A DNA stretch of 64,000 bases from Azolla caroliniana (lineage: Eukaryota > Plantae > Polypodiophyta): assembly GCA_043228905.1 (NCBI GenBank), contig JBHGNT010000021.1, positions 3,720,001-3,784,000 on the forward strand, read 5' to 3'. How positions within the stretch are numbered: position 1 is the first letter of the stretch; every line of letters begins with the position of its first letter. This document shows, one piece after another, positions 63,301-64,000 of the stretch. The position numbers and the translations under genes were made by a program. The notes under the pieces were generated by a model. That model was not told the DNA's origin and made no database searches. It saw nothing but the letters and a program-made list of their open reading frames with translations.

Positions 63301-64000
63301 CTTCAGCATAGTCGGCCTTCCTTAGTGCCGGAGCTTCAAGAAGCAGTTTCTTTAATCTTCGCATCGCCTCTGTGTGCTCGTCTCGCCATTCGAACTTTAT
63401 TCTTTTCTTTAGTAGTCCATATAACGGTTCGGCGACATGAGCGTAGTGAGGAATCCATATATGATAAAACGCGCACGCTCCAAGGAACCTTCGAACCTCC
63501 GTTTGGTTTTCGCATTCTTCTTTCATGTCTTGGATTGCGTTCACTTTGGATGGCGAGGGCTTTCGGCCGTATGCTCCACACAAGTGACCTACCACCAAGA
63601 TCTCCGGTTGCCCGAATGCGGATTTTTCTCCCGAAAATGTCAAATTCGCATCTTCTAGCCTTTGAAGCACCTTCTCGCAATCTTTCATATGATCCGCAAC
63701 GAACTTTCTACAACCTTCCTTATCTTTCGATTCATCTTTCTCCTCATCTGAACATCCTTTTATCGGAATATCATCCAAGAATGGCATCGTGATGTCCGGA
63801 ATGCAATCCTTCAAGACTTTATTCATGGCATTCACCATATGAGCCACCGAGTTTGTTGCGCCTTGGGGTAAGGTACACATCCGCACAAGCCCGATCGGAG
63901 TCCTCATGGTTGTAATGTCCCGACTGTCGATCGCCAATTGGAATTGGTCATATCCGGAGTAGAGATCGCCAATGGAGTAGATGGACCGGCCCGCAAACGC
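60324..64000 (-). mobile_element. Gypsy element F (non-chromovirus): 3' LTR 60324-61328, PPT, defective RT-RNaseH-integrase 61401-64000; continues off the right edge
   Basis: 12-bp TIR TGTCGTGAAGAT/ATCTTCACGACA; PPT GGTGGGGGTGGA; LPQGATNS, PFLDDIPIKG, VDTSPTGIG, HESAWAGH..CETC, DRGE, NGKIERGH, RWFGPY; in-frame stop at 63287 and frameshifts. Confidence 0.93.
60723..60776 (+). ncRNA. tRNA-like Pol III A/B-box module in U3 of F, antisense to the element
   Basis: A box TGGCTTAATGG (60723) and B box GGTTTGAATCC (60766), starts 43 nt apart; T-runs follow at ~60816-60833. Confidence 0.65.

Overview
Eukaryotic plant nuclear DNA, most likely a non-seed plant such as a fern (inferred from the retroelement lineages; not provable here). 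Bases 1-41.3 kb are AT-rich and genic. They hold the 5' part of a WVD2/WDL (TPX2-family) gene (-), an 8-exon chloroplast alpha/beta-hydrolase (At5g19850-like, +), a candidate 59-aa membrane micropeptide, a 20-exon chloroplast SecA1 (+, with a probable GC-AG intron) and two convergent intronless BCS1-like AAA-ATPases, one with degenerate catalytic motifs. LINE, Copia and Gypsy relics, minisatellites, a 1.26-kb direct duplication and tRNA-like SINE modules lie between them. Bases 41.3-64 kb are a nested retroelement stack. A LINE is interrupted by six insertions of a Gypsy group with TGTCG...ACA LTR ends, a tRNA-Trp PBS and CpG-centred 4-bp target sites. The stack also contains a solo LTR and a chromodomain-bearing Gypsy with a self-priming PBS and a -1 frameshift pseudoknot. 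The most unusual signal is that two unrelated LTR families each carry an antisense tRNA-like A/B-box module in U3, upstream of the TATA box.
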